The notes below the pieces were generated by a model that was not told where the DNA came from, ran no database searches, and saw only the letters and a program-made list of their open reading frames with translations. Source: an uncultured bacterium (GTDB taxonomy: Bacteria > Zixibacteria > MSB-5A5 > GN15 > FEB-12). From it: a stretch of DNA of 64,000 nucleotides. The DNA lies in the NCBI GenBank assembly GCA_965372795.1, contig CBDVDR010000005.1, positions 32,001 through 96,000 on the forward strand, read 5' to 3'. Positions 9,213 to 20,287 of the stretch are shown in pieces. The position numbers and the translations under genes are program-made. Each line of letters opens with the position of its first letter. Within the stretch, counting starts at the first letter, position 1.

Positions 9213-11420
9213 TTAGCCGATTATTTTCAATTTGGCAAATTTTGCCATAATTTTTTTCAAACCGATTCCGGTGAACAAAATCTCTAATCGTAATGATTCC
9301 CCAAACCCTTCAACCTTAATAATTTTACCGCGACCAAAGGAGGGATGCATTACTATTCGACCAACCCGCATAATCTCTTCTTCTTCATAATCATAATGAA
9401 TACCCTGAGGAACTGGTTCAGGTTTAGGCTTTCTTTGTTTATTTCCGAATAAAGAAGATTGATTTGGTTGACCGGAATATTCATAATGCCGGTGGGTTCG
9501 AAGATCTTTTCTTTCGAGAAGTTCTTTTGAAATTTCTTTTAAAAATCTCGAGGGCATAGATTCTACTTCACCAAAACGGTATCTTGAGGTTGCGCTCGAT
9601 ATTGATAATTTTTTCCTTGCCCGGGTTGCTCCGACATAAAACAGTCGCCGTTCTTCTTCAATTCCCATAGGGTCATTGATAGCATTACCAAGAGGAAAGA
9701 GACCTTCTTCTAACCCAACCAGATAAATTGAGTCATATTCAAGACCTTTTGCCGAGTGAATCGTCATCATTGAGATTTTATCCTCGATCTCGCGGTAGGA
9801 ATCCATATCGGTAAACAGCGAAATTTCGGCAAGGTAATCAGCCAGAGTCGAGTGGTGGTTTTGCCGGGCGTATTCCGCCATACCTTCGATAAAGGCTTCA
9901 ATGTTTTCAATTCGGGTTTGACCTTGAACTTCATCCTCTTCTTTGAGATAATCAAACAATTTGATCTCATCAATCAGTTCTCCGGCAAGCAGATCAATCG
10001 GGGTGCCTTCTTGCTGGAAACGGAATTTTATGATTACATCTCCAAATTGACGAAGTTTCCCTGATCGTGCCGCCAACATTGGATACTCATCAATATGTTC
10101 AACCACATCGAGAAAAGAGATTGAGTTTAATCGTGCTGTTTCAGAAATCGTTTCGATAGTTTTTTGACCAATACCCCGTTTAGGGTAATTAACAACTCTT
10201 TGAAATGAGATATCATCTTTATTGTTAATTATCAATTTGAGATATGCCATTAAATCTTTGATCTCTTTACGCTGATAGAACGAAATTCCGCCAAAAATCT
10301 GATACGGGATATTGTTAATCCTGAGTTGTTCTTCAAAAGGTCGTGATTGGGCGTTAGTGCGATACAGGATGGCTGCATCTTTAAATCTTATTCCGAAATC
10401 ACTATTTTTTTGTAAAGACTTAATAACCTGAACCGCCTCTTCGGCAGCATTGTCAACCAACAAAAGATCAATTTTATCGCCGCCTTCAATATCAGTCCAT
10501 AGGGTTTTCTCTTTGCGGACTTCATTGTTTTTAATAACCGATGAAGCTGCTTTGAGGATAACATTGGTAGAGCGATAGTTTTGTTCAAGTTTTATAATTT
10601 TGGCGCCGGGGTAATCTTTTTCAAATTCTAAAATATTTCTTATGTCAGCACCGCGCCATCCATAAATTGCCTGGTCTTCATCGCCCACCACGCACAGATT
10701 ATTATGGTCACCGAGCAGATATTTCAGCATCAGATACTGGACATGGTTGGTATCCTGATATTCATCCACCATAAGATATTTGAATCTGTTCCGGTAGCGT
10801 TCGCCAACCTCGGGGTGATTTTTTAAAAGCGATACTGAATTAAATAGCAGATCATCAAAATCCATAGCGTTACATTCTTTTAATCGGCTTTGGTACATTT
10901 TATAAATTTCAGAAGTAGTGGTTTCGAAATAGCCACTTGCCGATTCTTCAAAAGTTCGCGAGTCAATCATCTGGTTTTTTGAATTTGAAATTTTTCGAAG
11001 TTGGGCGCGGGGAGTGAATTGGCTTCCGGAAAGCTTTAAATCGCGAATACAATTTTTAACTAAGGTTTTAGAATCATCAGCATCAAAAATTGTAAAATTT
11101 GTATCATATCCAATATGCACGCCCTCCTGCCTCAAGAATCGGGCGCAAAATGAATGGAAAGTACTTACATTCAGATTTTGAATATCCCCACCGAGAATCT
11201 GCGAGACTCTTTCTTTCATTTCACCGGCGGCTTTATTGGTAAAGGTAACAGCTAAGACCTGATACGGCAGGGCTAATTGTTCGGTAATGATGTATGAAAT
11301 TCTTCTTGTCAGCACCCGTGTTTTACCGGAGCCAGCCCCGGCAATAATCAAGAGTGGTCCCTCGGTGGTTTGCACAGCTTCGCGCTGGGCATCGTTCATG
11401 TCTTTTAGCAGTCTACTCAT
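9213..11420 (-). CDS. pcrA: ATP-dependent DNA helicase UvrD/PcrA
   Basis: AGAGSGKT, VDEYQDTN, LEQNYRS, TIHSAKGLE, EERRLFYVGATRA; C-terminal Tudor-like HPSFGRG. Confidence 0.95.
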   Translation of the reverse strand: MSRLLKDMNDAQREAVQTTEGPLLIIAGAGSGKTRVLTRRISYIITEQLALPYQVLAVTFTNKAAGEMKERVSQILGGDIQNLNVSTFHSFCARFLRQEGVHIGYDTNFTIFDADDSKTLVKNCIRDLKLSGSQFTPRAQLRKISNSKNQMIDSRTFEESASGYFETTTSEIYKMYQSRLKECNAMDFDDLLFNSVSLLKNHPEVGERYRNRFKYLMVDEYQDTNHVQYLMLKYLLGDHNNLCVVGDEDQAIYGWRGADIRNILEFEKDYPGAKIIKLEQNYRSTNVILKAASSVIKNNEVRKEKTLWTDIEGGDKIDLLLVDNAAEEAVQVIKSLQKNSDFGIRFKDAAILYRTNAQSRPFEEQLRINNIPYQIFGGISFYQRKEIKDLMAYLKLIINNKDDISFQRVVNYPKRGIGQKTIETISETARLNSISFLDVVEHIDEYPMLAARSGKLRQFGDVIIKFRFQQEGTPIDLLAGELIDEIKLFDYLKEEDEVQGQTRIENIEAFIEGMAEYARQNHHSTLADYLAEISLFTDMDSYREIEDKISMMTIHSAKGLEYDSIYLVGLEEGLFPLGNAINDPMGIEEERRLFYVGATRARKKLSISSATSRYRFGEVESMPSRFLKEISKELLERKDLRTHRHYEYSGQPNQSSLFGNKQRKPKPEPVPQGIHYDYEEEEIMRVGRIVMHPSFGRGKIIKVEGFGESLRLEILFTGIGLKKIMAKFAKLKIIG

Positions 11421-11486
11421 AATGATTCAACGAATATATAAACTCTCAATGGTATAGCAATAATATAATGGAAATTATAGACAAAT

Positions 11487-11518
11487 AAAAAAGCGTGATC
11501 AATTTTGACCACGCTTTT
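11487..11518 (-). terminator. Rho-independent terminator after rpmA
   Basis: AAAAGCGTG...CACGCTTTT hairpin with T tract on the minus strand. Confidence 0.7.
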
Positions 11519-11539
11519 GAAACTTATTAAACCGAGTAA

Positions 11540-11797
11540 TTAAGCTTGAGGATATACCGAAACTTTTTTACCAGTTTTTCCAACCCGTTCAAAAGTAACA
11601 ACACCGTCAACCTTGGCAAAAAGAGTGTAGTCTTTTCCGAGACCAACATTTTTACCCGGTTTGATCGGAGTGCCTAATTGACGAGCAATGATGGAACCGG
11701 CAGGTACTAACTGACCGCCGTAAACTTTGGTTCCTCTTCGTTGACCGTTCGAATCCCGGCCGTTCTTTGAGGATCCAACACCTTTCTTATGTGCCAT
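11540..11797 (-). CDS. rpmA: 50S ribosomal protein L27
   Basis: [16 protein letters not shown]...GKDYTLFA. Confidence 0.98.
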   Translation of the reverse strand: MAHKKGVGSSKNGRDSNGQRRGTKVYGGQLVPAGSIIARQLGTPIKPGKNVGLGKDYTLFAKVDGVVTFERVGKTGKKVSVYPQA

Positions 11798-12051
11798 CTA
11801 AAACCTCTATTTCTAAATTATTTTTTTTCAATTTAATACAGCTTGCCAGGCAAGCATCTTATAGTTATCGTCAGAATCTATTCCGACAAAAGTCTCTAAT
11901 AATAATTATTTCCCTCAAAAAACGCAAGCGATTTCTTAAATGCCTTAGTCACTTAGCCTTAAGCGTCAACCTGCGAGTTCCTCTTATATGTTTTTACTCA
12001 AAAAATGATATTGTTTATTTAATAGATAATAAAATGGAATATCCTTCCCAT

Positions 12052-12081
12052 AAAAAAAGCGGCTGAAAATTCAGCTGCTTT
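12052..12081 (-). terminator. Rho-independent terminator after clpC
   Basis: AAAGCGGCTGAA-AA-TTCAGCTGCTTT hairpin plus T tract on the minus strand. Confidence 0.75.
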
Positions 12082-12104
12082 CATTTTATGATAAAGAATG
12101 AAGT

Positions 12105-14552
12105 TTAGAGGACTTCTTCTTTTTTCGTCTTTTTGCCATTGAAGTTAAAAACAAGTTTTTCATCAACAACATCAATTAATAAATCACAATCTCCGGCGTG
12201 CTGTCCTCGAAGAATTTCTTCGGCAAGAGGATCTTCAAGGTAAGTTTGAAGAGCTCTCTTAAGCGGACGAGCGCCATATTGCGGATCGTATCCTTTATCA
12301 ATAAGGAATTTCTTAGCATTATCTGTCAGGACAAAACTGATTCCTTTGTCTGCTAACCGTTCGGCAATTTCTTCAACCAGAATTTCGATTATCACAGAAA
12401 TGTTTTCACGAGACAACTGACGGAAGACAATGGTCTGATCAATACGATTAAGAAGTTCCGGGTTGAACAGTTTTTTCAATTCATCAAGAATCATCTTCTT
12501 CATATTATCAAACGAATTCTCGACTTCTTCGGCGCCAAAACCAACTGTTTTCTGATCCTGCAGCTGTCTGGTTCCGATATTTGAAGTCATAATAACTACT
12601 GTGTTTTTGAAATCGACTTTTCGACCAAAGGAGTCAGTTAAAGAACCGTCATCAAATAATTGTAACAAAATATTAAATACATCCGGATGAGCCTTTTCGA
12701 TTTCATCAAGAAGCACAACCGAATAAGGTTTACGACGTACTTTTTCAGTCAGCTGACCGCCTTCTTCAAACCCGACATACCCCGGAGGAGCACCTATCAA
12801 GCGGGAAACAGCAAATTTCTCCATGTATTCCGACATGTCAATACGGATTAACGAATCCGGATCATCAAACATGAAGTCTGCCAATTGGCGAGCCAACTCG
12901 GTTTTACCAACACCGGTTGGTCCCAGGAACAGGAAGGCACCGATAGGGCGACGCGGGTCACCTAATCCGGCGCGTGCCCGACGAATTGTCTTAGCCAGAA
13001 TTTCAATCGGTTCGATCTGACCAACAATTTTCTTCTGCAGAGTTTCTTCCATTCGAAGTAAACGATTAGTTTCATTTTCTTCCATACGGAATAGAGGAAT
13101 ACCGGTCATCTTCGCCAGTACAACAGCTACATCTTCACCAGTTAGAACAATTTTCTCTTCTTCACGGGCTTCTTCCCATTGTTTTTGAAGATTAGCTAAC
13201 TTCTCTTTTTTCATTTTAATATCATCACGAAGCTGAGCTGCAGTTTCAAAAGCCTGGTTCTTGACCGCTTTTTCTTTATTTTTCTGAAGCTCAACCAGTT
13301 CGGTTTCGATTTCACTAAATTCAGCCGGGCGAGTGTAACTTGCCAGATGAGCTCTTGATCCGGCTTCATCAATCAGATCAATTGATTTATCCGGTTGAAA
13401 TTTACCGGAGACATAACGGTTAGTAAATTTAACCGCCTGCTCAATGGCTTCATCGGAAATAACTATTTTGTGATGTTCTTCATATTTAATACGAAGACCC
13501 TTGAGGATTTCAATAGTATCCTTCTCTGACGGCGGTTCAACCATTACAGTTTGGAATCTTCTTTCCAGCGCGCCATCTTTTTCGATGAATTTGCGATATT
13601 CATTCAGAGTCGTTGCACCGATACAGCGCAGTTCACCTCGCGCCAGCGACGGTTTGAAAATATTGGATGCATCCAATGAACCTTCGGCACCGCCGGCACC
13701 AACGATTGTATGTAATTCATCAATAAAAATAATAACATCGTTGGCATTGATAATTTCATTCATCACCGCTTTAAGTCGTTCTTCAAACTGACCGCGATAT
13801 TTTGTTCCGGCGACAAGTGACGCCATATCAAGGGTGACCACTCTTTTATTTTCCAGAGTTTGTGGCACTTGATTGCTGACAATACGCTGAGCCAGACCTT
13901 CTGCTATAGCAGTTTTACCCACTCCTGGTTCACCGATAAGAACCGGATTATTTTTCTTACGCCGCGACAAAATCTGAGCCACGCGCTGGATTTCATCCTG
14001 TCGTCCGATAATCGGGTCAAGTTTCCCGCGACGGGCAAGTTCGGTTAAATCGCGACCGAAATGGTCAAGGGCCGGTGTTTTTGATTTTTTGCGTTTCTTT
14101 TTGAAGGATGACGGTTTTCCATTATGGATATTTTTCAACTCTTCATAAGCTTCTTTATAATCTATCTCGTAAGTAGATAAAACCTGAGCCGCAACTCCTT
14201 CTTCATCTTTTAATAATGCTAAAAGAATATGTTCAATATCAATATCCTGCGACTTTAAAGCCCGGGCTTCCTGTCCGGAAACTTCCAGAGTCTTTTTAGC
14301 TCTGGCTGTTAAAGGAAGTTGTCCCATTGTCATGGTTCCACCGGATGGCTGAACGACTTCTTCAATCGATGCCTTGAGATCACTAAGCTCAAGACCAAGA
14401 TTCTGAAGGATTTCAACTCCGCGTCCTTCGCCGAGTTTGATCAATCCTAACAGGAGATGTTCTGTTCCGATGTAATCATGTTTTAAGCGAGCGGCTTCAT
14501 CTCGAGCGAACTCGATAGCTTTCCTTGCGCTCTCTGTAAACATCTCATTCAT
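12105..14552 (-). CDS. clpC: ATP-dependent Clp protease ATPase subunit ClpC
   Basis: Clp N repeats, two AAA+ modules ([16 protein letters not shown]), UVR coiled coil (FETAAQLRD); follows mcsAB. Confidence 0.97.
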   Translation of the reverse strand: MNEMFTESARKAIEFARDEAARLKHDYIGTEHLLLGLIKLGEGRGVEILQNLGLELSDLKASIEEVVQPSGGTMTMGQLPLTARAKKTLEVSGQEARALKSQDIDIEHILLALLKDEEGVAAQVLSTYEIDYKEAYEELKNIHNGKPSSFKKKRKKSKTPALDHFGRDLTELARRGKLDPIIGRQDEIQRVAQILSRRKKNNPVLIGEPGVGKTAIAEGLAQRIVSNQVPQTLENKRVVTLDMASLVAGTKYRGQFEERLKAVMNEIINANDVIIFIDELHTIVGAGGAEGSLDASNIFKPSLARGELRCIGATTLNEYRKFIEKDGALERRFQTVMVEPPSEKDTIEILKGLRIKYEEHHKIVISDEAIEQAVKFTNRYVSGKFQPDKSIDLIDEAGSRAHLASYTRPAEFSEIETELVELQKNKEKAVKNQAFETAAQLRDDIKMKKEKLANLQKQWEEAREEEKIVLTGEDVAVVLAKMTGIPLFRMEENETNRLLRMEETLQKKIVGQIEPIEILAKTIRRARAGLGDPRRPIGAFLFLGPTGVGKTELARQLADFMFDDPDSLIRIDMSEYMEKFAVSRLIGAPPGYVGFEEGGQLTEKVRRKPYSVVLLDEIEKAHPDVFNILLQLFDDGSLTDSFGRKVDFKNTVVIMTSNIGTRQLQDQKTVGFGAEEVENSFDNMKKMILDELKKLFNPELLNRIDQTIVFRQLSRENISVIIEILVEEIAERLADKGISFVLTDNAKKFLIDKGYDPQYGARPLKRALQTYLEDPLAEEILRGQHAGDCDLLIDVVDEKLVFNFNGKKTKKEEVL

Positions 14553-14615
14553 GATGTTTCACCCTTCCATTTATAATTAAAATATTTTATCACTCAATTT
14601 TATACAAGCAGTTTT

Positions 14616-15680
14616 TTACTGCTTAATTTCTCGTAATTTTTCTCTAACCATCTGTGCTCTTACAAAATCTCTGCGATTATGATCCATTTCATGGCCATAA
14701 AACTTTTGAAGATGTGCCGGTTGTGAGAATAACAGGATTTCATTGATCAGAGCAGTATCAAGGGATTCAATGATTTTCATAGCATGTCCCATACGGACAG
14801 CAGATAAAAGATTCATGACCTCTTCAGAGGTAAGGACACGGGCATTTTTCAATATTCCATAAGCCCGCCATATTTTATCTTCAACCATGTCAGCCGCTTC
14901 GCTGATAAGTCGGTCTCTGGCAGTAGCTTCCCGCTCAATTATTTCTCTTGTAATAAGCGTTAGCTGATTTAAAATTTCTTCTTCTGTGATGCCTAATGTA
15001 TTCTGGTTGGAAATCTGGAATAAATTACCAAGCACATCAGACCCTTCCCCATAAAAACCTCTTACAACTAATCCGCTGCGAGTAATATGGGAAATAACAT
15101 TTTCTATATTACGAGTTAAAACCAAGCCCGGAAGATGAATTAAAACCGAAGCTCTCATTCCGGTACCGGCATTGGTTGGACAAGCAGTCAAAAATCCAAA
15201 ATCATTATCATAGCAATATTCAAGGTAGTGGCTAATCTCTTTATCGTAAACAGATGCTTGTTGGAAAGCGCCTTCGGGATCCAAACCCGGTTTTAGAGCT
15301 TGTATCCGCAGATGGTCTTCTTCATTAACCATTATCGATACATTCTCTCCCTTGTCGATATATAATGACTTGGTGAATTCTCCATTCAAAAAAGTCGGTG
15401 AGATCAAATGACGCTCAATAAGAAAGTCGCGGTCAAGTTGATCAATATCACTTGCTTTTAAATACATCCCATCAGCGAGAAGTTTTGAACGAGCAATTGT
15501 AGAGTCTATATAATTTATAATTCTTTTTTTTGTTTCAATATCAGCTGAAGTAGGGAAATGACATCCGGCAACATTTCTTGCCAGACGTACTCTGGTTGAG
15601 AGAACGACTAAAGCTTCTTCGCCCTTACCAGATAACCATGTAGCAGAGTTCTTAGACATATTTTCAAACATAGTACCCAC
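14616..15680 (-). CDS. mcsB: Protein arginine kinase McsB
   Basis: STRVRLARN, NEEDHLRIQ, LTACPTNAGTGMRAS, RGFYGEG. Confidence 0.95.
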   Translation of the reverse strand: MGTMFENMSKNSATWLSGKGEEALVVLSTRVRLARNVAGCHFPTSADIETKKRIINYIDSTIARSKLLADGMYLKASDIDQLDRDFLIERHLISPTFLNGEFTKSLYIDKGENVSIMVNEEDHLRIQALKPGLDPEGAFQQASVYDKEISHYLEYCYDNDFGFLTACPTNAGTGMRASVLIHLPGLVLTRNIENVISHITRSGLVVRGFYGEGSDVLGNLFQISNQNTLGITEEEILNQLTLITREIIEREATARDRLISEAADMVEDKIWRAYGILKNARVLTSEEVMNLLSAVRMGHAMKIIESLDTALINEILLFSQPAHLQKFYGHEMDHNRRDFVRAQMVREKLREIKQ

Positions 15681-16232
15681 TTATCCCCCACTTTCCATCG
15701 TCATAGAATTTCGTAACGATTTCAGCTTGTCTCTAACTTCTGCGGCTCTTTCGAAATCTTCTGTTTCAATAGCCTTGCTTAGTTCAGTTTCCAACCGTTC
15801 TTCTTCCTGTATAGGCATCGAAGTTGGTGTATTGACACCGTTCTTATCAATAATTTCCGGAGTCGTCCCCCGATGAAGAGAAGAACCATGAATTTTCCGC
15901 ATGATCATCTCCAAATTAGGACGAAAAGCTTCATAACACTTTCCACACCCAAACCGTCCCTGACGCGTAAATTCTTCGTAGGATAATCCGCACTCGGAGC
16001 AATTTATTGATTTTTGATCGGGACCCGAGTTTACAGTATTCTTAATGTTTTCAGACATCCCAGTAAGAATTTCCGCTAATGGAAAAGGCATGTTGTCCAA
16101 AGGTGAATGAAAGCCTCTTGCCGAAGCACATTCTTTACACAAGGACAAAGACCGTTTATCATTGTTAGCGATCTGGGTCAAATGAACATGTGCTTCTCTT
16201 TTTTTGCAATCCTGACAAAGCATAATTTTCAC
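15681..16232 (-). CDS. mcsA: McsA (McsB activator)
   Basis: Four CxxC motifs, GRFGCGKCY, C-terminal UVR domain (EDFERAAEVRD). Confidence 0.93.
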   Translation of the reverse strand: MKIMLCQDCKKREAHVHLTQIANNDKRSLSLCKECASARGFHSPLDNMPFPLAEILTGMSENIKNTVNSGPDQKSINCSECGLSYEEFTRQGRFGCGKCYEAFRPNLEMIMRKIHGSSLHRGTTPEIIDKNGVNTPTSMPIQEEERLETELSKAIETEDFERAAEVRDKLKSLRNSMTMESGG

Positions 16233-16238
16233 CTATCG

Positions 16239-16922
16239 TTAATTATTAATAACTCCATCACATAAGACCAACTCTCTATCACAGCTGGCAGCCAACTCAC
16301 GATTATGAGTTGCAATTAAAAATGATGTGTTTTTTTCATCATTTAATTTCAAGAGCAAATCATGTAATTTTGAGCCGGTTTTAATATCCAAATTTCCAGA
16401 AGGTTCATCCGCCAGAACAATATCCGGTTCATTTGCCAGCGCTCGGGCAACAGCGATTCTTTGCTGTTCACCTCCGGAAAGCTGACCGGGTAGATGACTC
16501 TTCCTATCTATTAAACCCACTTTCTCTAGCAAGAGTTCCGCTTTCTCTTGAGCAGTTTTCTGGGACTTACCACTGACAAGAATTGGCATCATAACATTTT
16601 CAAGAGCGTTAAAGTCTTCAAATAGATAGTGTTGCTGGAAAACGAATCCAATTTTCTTGTTTCGGAGTTTGGCTAATTCTTCCTGAGTTTTTTTTAAGAT
16701 ACTTTCACCCCCAAAAAGAATGTCACCTTTTGTCGGTTTATCCAACCCCCCTAAAATATATAGTAAAGTTGATTTTCCAACTCCCGATTCACCAGTCACC
16801 GCTGTCATTTCGCCACTTTTAAAGCTCAAGTTGATCCCTTTCAAAACCGAAATTATCCCTTCCGGCGTTGAAAATTCTCTTGTTACATTCACAGCCGATA
16901 GAATTTCTTCGACTTTATCCAT
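16239..16922 (-). CDS. lolD: Lipoprotein-releasing ABC transporter ATPase LolD
   Basis: GESGVGKST, LSGGEQQR, LADEPSGNLD; downstream of lolC/E. Confidence 0.88.
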   Translation of the reverse strand: MDKVEEILSAVNVTREFSTPEGIISVLKGINLSFKSGEMTAVTGESGVGKSTLLYILGGLDKPTKGDILFGGESILKKTQEELAKLRNKKIGFVFQQHYLFEDFNALENVMMPILVSGKSQKTAQEKAELLLEKVGLIDRKSHLPGQLSGGEQQRIAVARALANEPDIVLADEPSGNLDIKTGSKLHDLLLKLNDEKNTSFLIATHNRELAASCDRELVLCDGVINN

Positions 16923-16993
16923 TCAAAAAACCCTCATTGATGAGGTTACTGTTATAATCGTCATTTTCCTCAATAACTGGAGTTTTTTCCGCA

Positions 16994-18220
16994 CTATTGA
17001 CGTAAAACATCAACAACTTCCAATTTTGATGCCTGGCTAGCAGGATACAAAGCTGCAAAAAAACAGATTACAAAGGTGACAATTCCTGCCAGTAAGAAGT
17101 CCAACAGGTGTGTTTCAATCGGTAAATAACTAATGAAGTATATATCTGGAGGTAAAGAGATCAGTTCGTATCGATTCTGTATAAAAGCAGCCAAAAACGC
17201 AAGTATCCACCCTCCCAAAACGCCACCGATAGCAATCGCCATACCTTTTAAGACAAATATCTTTCGAATTGAGGCAGGAGTCGCTCCAAGAGTTTTTAAG
17301 ACACCTATCTCTTCTCTTTTTTCCATTGTTAACATTACTAAGGTGGAGATAATTGAAAATGCTGCTACAATTACAATAAGTATGAAACCGAGGAAAAGAA
17401 TTTTTTTCTCGATTGCTATCCAGGAAAAAAGATTACGATGTAAAATATACCAGGGGACAACATCATATTTATATTGTAAAGTTGAATCAATGATCGGGTT
17501 CATGCGTTCGGCTTCATAAATATCATCAAGCTTAAGATGAATAGCCGTTACAGCATCACCGATTTTAAATAATTTTTGAGCATCTTTTAATGAAATATAA
17601 GCTAATTGCGAATCAAATTCATACATCCCCGTTTCAAAAATACCTGAGATATAAAACTTTTCAACGCGAGGTCTGGTTTTTTTAAGAAAATCTTCCCCTT
17701 TAAGAGAATACAGTAAAACATTTTCTCCAATAAATAAACCCAAACTTTGCGCTAAAGAATTTCCAATAATCATGCCCGGGATGGTATCATCTTCTGTAAT
17801 AACAGGTTCAAACGTATATTCACCTATTTCAAGATCATTTTTCAGATTCGATGACCTGCTTTCCTGTTCAATATCAATACCCCTAATTACAATTCCATCA
17901 CCAGCTGATGCGGATGATATAGCAGCCTTGTAATAAATAAATGGTGAAGCTGCCATGACTCCGTCAATAGCCTCTACTGAATCAACCAGTTCATTATAAT
18001 TTTTTATGTATGAATTTCTTATCGGGAATATTGAGATGTGTGATGTTGTTCCGAGAAGTCTGGTGCGGATTTCGCTTTCAAAACCGTTATGCATAGACAT
18101 AACAAAGCATACCACCGCAACTCCAAGGGTTACCCCGAGTATTGTCATCCAGGTCGAAACCGAGATGAAAAACCGGCCAGATTTTAAATATCGTCTGGCA
18201 ACGAAATTTTCATATCCCAT
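16994..18220 (-). CDS. Lipoprotein-releasing ABC transporter permease LolC/E
   Basis: Start reassigned to ATG 18220 (MGYENFVARRYL); MacB/FtsX architecture, EKREEIGVLKTLG, YFISYLP, LYPA. Confidence 0.9.
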   Translation of the reverse strand: MGYENFVARRYLKSGRFFISVSTWMTILGVTLGVAVVCFVMSMHNGFESEIRTRLLGTTSHISIFPIRNSYIKNYNELVDSVEAIDGVMAASPFIYYKAAISSASAGDGIVIRGIDIEQESRSSNLKNDLEIGEYTFEPVITEDDTIPGMIIGNSLAQSLGLFIGENVLLYSLKGEDFLKKTRPRVEKFYISGIFETGMYEFDSQLAYISLKDAQKLFKIGDAVTAIHLKLDDIYEAERMNPIIDSTLQYKYDVVPWYILHRNLFSWIAIEKKILFLGFILIVIVAAFSIISTLVMLTMEKREEIGVLKTLGATPASIRKIFVLKGMAIAIGGVLGGWILAFLAAFIQNRYELISLPPDIYFISYLPIETHLLDFLLAGIVTFVICFFAALYPASQASKLEVVDVLRQ

Positions 18221-18336
18221 ACCATTGAATATTATGACTTTAAACTGTTTAAAATCAATTAGAAACTGGAATATTTCAAAAAAACAGTTATTATTCGGGA
18301 TGTTATTAAATTTTGTTATAAAAACAGGCTCAAAAA

Positions 18337-18771
18337 ATGTCTGAATTAATTTCTCACCCAACCGTCACCCGTAAAGCTCTTATAAAAGGTGCGGGAGTTT
18401 TCTGGTCAATTGGCGGAATATTTTTAGTAGTAAGAGCCTTTATTCTTCCGGCAAATACTCAAATGAACTGGATTGTAATCGTTCCGGCGGCATTATTTAT
18501 ATCTTTTTTTAAGTACAAATTTATGTTTTCTAAGATTGTGGGGGAAAATCTCAATAGAATCGCATCACTATCACCCCAAAAAGAGCGAATATGTCTATTT
18601 GCCTTTCAATCAATTGAATCATATTTGCTGATAATCGTAATGATTACAACAAGCATATTTCTTCGAACCCTAAATATCCCATCTTATCTGCTTTCGACCC
18701 TTTTTATTGCTATCGGAGTCGCCCTCTTTTTTGCAAGTCTTTTATATTATAAAGCTTATAAGAAATTATAA
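18337..18771 (+). CDS. Hypothetical integral membrane protein (about 4 TM)
   Basis: Four hydrophobic segments; CLFAFQSIESYLLI. Confidence 0.65.
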   Translation: MSELISHPTVTRKALIKGAGVFWSIGGIFLVVRAFILPANTQMNWIVIVPAALFISFFKYKFMFSKIVGENLNRIASLSPQKERICLFAFQSIESYLLIIVMITTSIFLRTLNIPSYLLSTLFIAIGVALFFASLLYYKAYKKL

Positions 18772-19018
18772 ATAACAACATAATATGTTGTATAACAATA
18801 CAATACGAATTTTATTCCATTTCACAGTTAATCGGCAGAGTAGCCCAAATTCATAAAATGATATTCACATAATGAGAACGTATGATTAAATTAAAATAAT
18901 ATTACTTTGTTATTTTTTTCACATAAATAATGACAAAATTATGACAATCGATATCTCTTTTATTGCATCTTGTCCCTCAAGATGAGCATAAATAGAATTA
19001 AAAAGGAACTTTAGGGAT

Positions 19019-20287
19019 ATGGAATTTGGCATAATCGGAACTTCAATCTGGCAACAGAACATGCCTCTCCTTGAGAGATTAACAATAAATCCTGAGACAA
19101 AAGAAGATACTTTAAATCGTTTAAAATCAATCCTTGAATTAAAAGAATTGATTTACCTTTCTACCTGCAACCGGGTTGAGTTTATATTTGTAAAGTCTGA
19201 GAATATTTCCAACGCTCAAATCCTTCATCGCTTGATAGATTTCTTTTTCAAAGGTCGAAAAAATATCAGCTTCTTCCCTAACGATTTTTTCCAATTCAGC
19301 GGTAAAGAAGCGGTGACTCACCTTTTCAGGACTACTTCTTCTCTTGAATCTCTTGTAGTTGGTGAATCACAGATATCCGGTCAATTCAAAAACGCTTTTC
19401 AGGAAGCAAAAGAATTCGGTCTTTGTGGTTTAAGTCTTGAAACTCTGGCTAAAGAAGCTCTTGTAGTTTCCAAAAAAGTTAAAAAAGAGACTTCCATAGG
19501 ACAAGGATGTGTTTCAATGGCATCCTTAGCCGCCAATGAATTATTAGATTCCTTGCCGGGTGTAAAAAATCCAAAAGTAGCTTTGGTTGGATCCGGTGAA
19601 ATGTCGGTTAAAATGGCTAAGTATGTTAAAGACCTTCTTAAGGGTGAAATTGTTTTTGTAAACCGTACTCTTGAGAAAGCAGAAAAACTAGCCAAAGATC
19701 ATAACGGTACCGCGATTTCACTAAAATCATTTAAAGAAAATCCGATTGCAGTTGATGCCATCGTATCAGCCACTGCTTGTTCTGAACCGATATTTGGTCT
19801 TGAATTTTTGAATCTTCTTAAAGAAAATCATATTCCGGTAGTTTGTATTGATCTGGCAATTCCTCGCGATTTTTCTTTTGAATTCAGCGGCATCCAGAAA
19901 GTTAATCTGATTGATATTCCTTATTTAAAAGCAAAAGTTCAGGATAATCTTCGTAAGAAATTTGTTGAAGCATCACAGGCAGATGAAATCGTCAGAGATG
20001 CTGTTTTAAAATTCCTGTCTAACAGAATTGAACTATCCCTAAAACCGATATTTAATGACAGCTATAAAGCATCAATCGAATTTGCCCGCAAAGCTTTTGA
20101 TGATCTTCTTTCGCATCGTATGACCTCTCTACCTGAAGAAGAAAAAGAATTGATGTTTGAACTTATCACTAAATTAGTGGGTCACTCATCATTCCAGCCG
20201 GTTAGAATGCTTTCTTCACATTTTGTTGAAATGCGCTCCAAGTTCAATTTTGAAGACTTTTCAACTGATCGGAAGGAAGCGGTTTGA
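19019..20287 (+). CDS. hemA: Glutamyl-tRNA reductase
   Basis: YLSTCNRVE, SLESLVVGESQI, GSGEM, IDLAIPRD. Confidence 0.93.
   Translation: MEFGIIGTSIWQQNMPLLERLTINPETKEDTLNRLKSILELKELIYLSTCNRVEFIFVKSENISNAQILHRLIDFFFKGRKNISFFPNDFFQFSGKEAVTHLFRTTSSLESLVVGESQISGQFKNAFQEAKEFGLCGLSLETLAKEALVVSKKVKKETSIGQGCVSMASLAANELLDSLPGVKNPKVALVGSGEMSVKMAKYVKDLLKGEIVFVNRTLEKAEKLAKDHNGTAISLKSFKENPIAVDAIVSATACSEPIFGLEFLNLLKENHIPVVCIDLAIPRDFSFEFSGIQKVNLIDIPYLKAKVQDNLRKKFVEASQADEIVRDAVLKFLSNRIELSLKPIFNDSYKASIEFARKAFDDLLSHRMTSLPEEEKELMFELITKLVGHSSFQPVRMLSSHFVEMRSKFNFEDFSTDRKEAV

Noticed and set aside
11767..12066. 99-aa plus-strand ORF as a possible rplU or other gene
   Set aside because: Wrong strand for rplU, no L21 similarity, overlaps the rpmA start and the clpC terminator
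18221..18361. 47-aa N-terminal extension of LolC/E in the ORF track
   Set aside because: Low-complexity AT-rich translation overlapping the divergent gene; family-like sequence starts at ATG 18220
18850..18925. Possible Fur- or Rex-like boxes upstream of hemA (AATGATATTCAC, TTGTTATTTTTTTCACAT)
   Set aside because: Three or more mismatches to consensus in very AT-rich DNA; not distinguishable from chance
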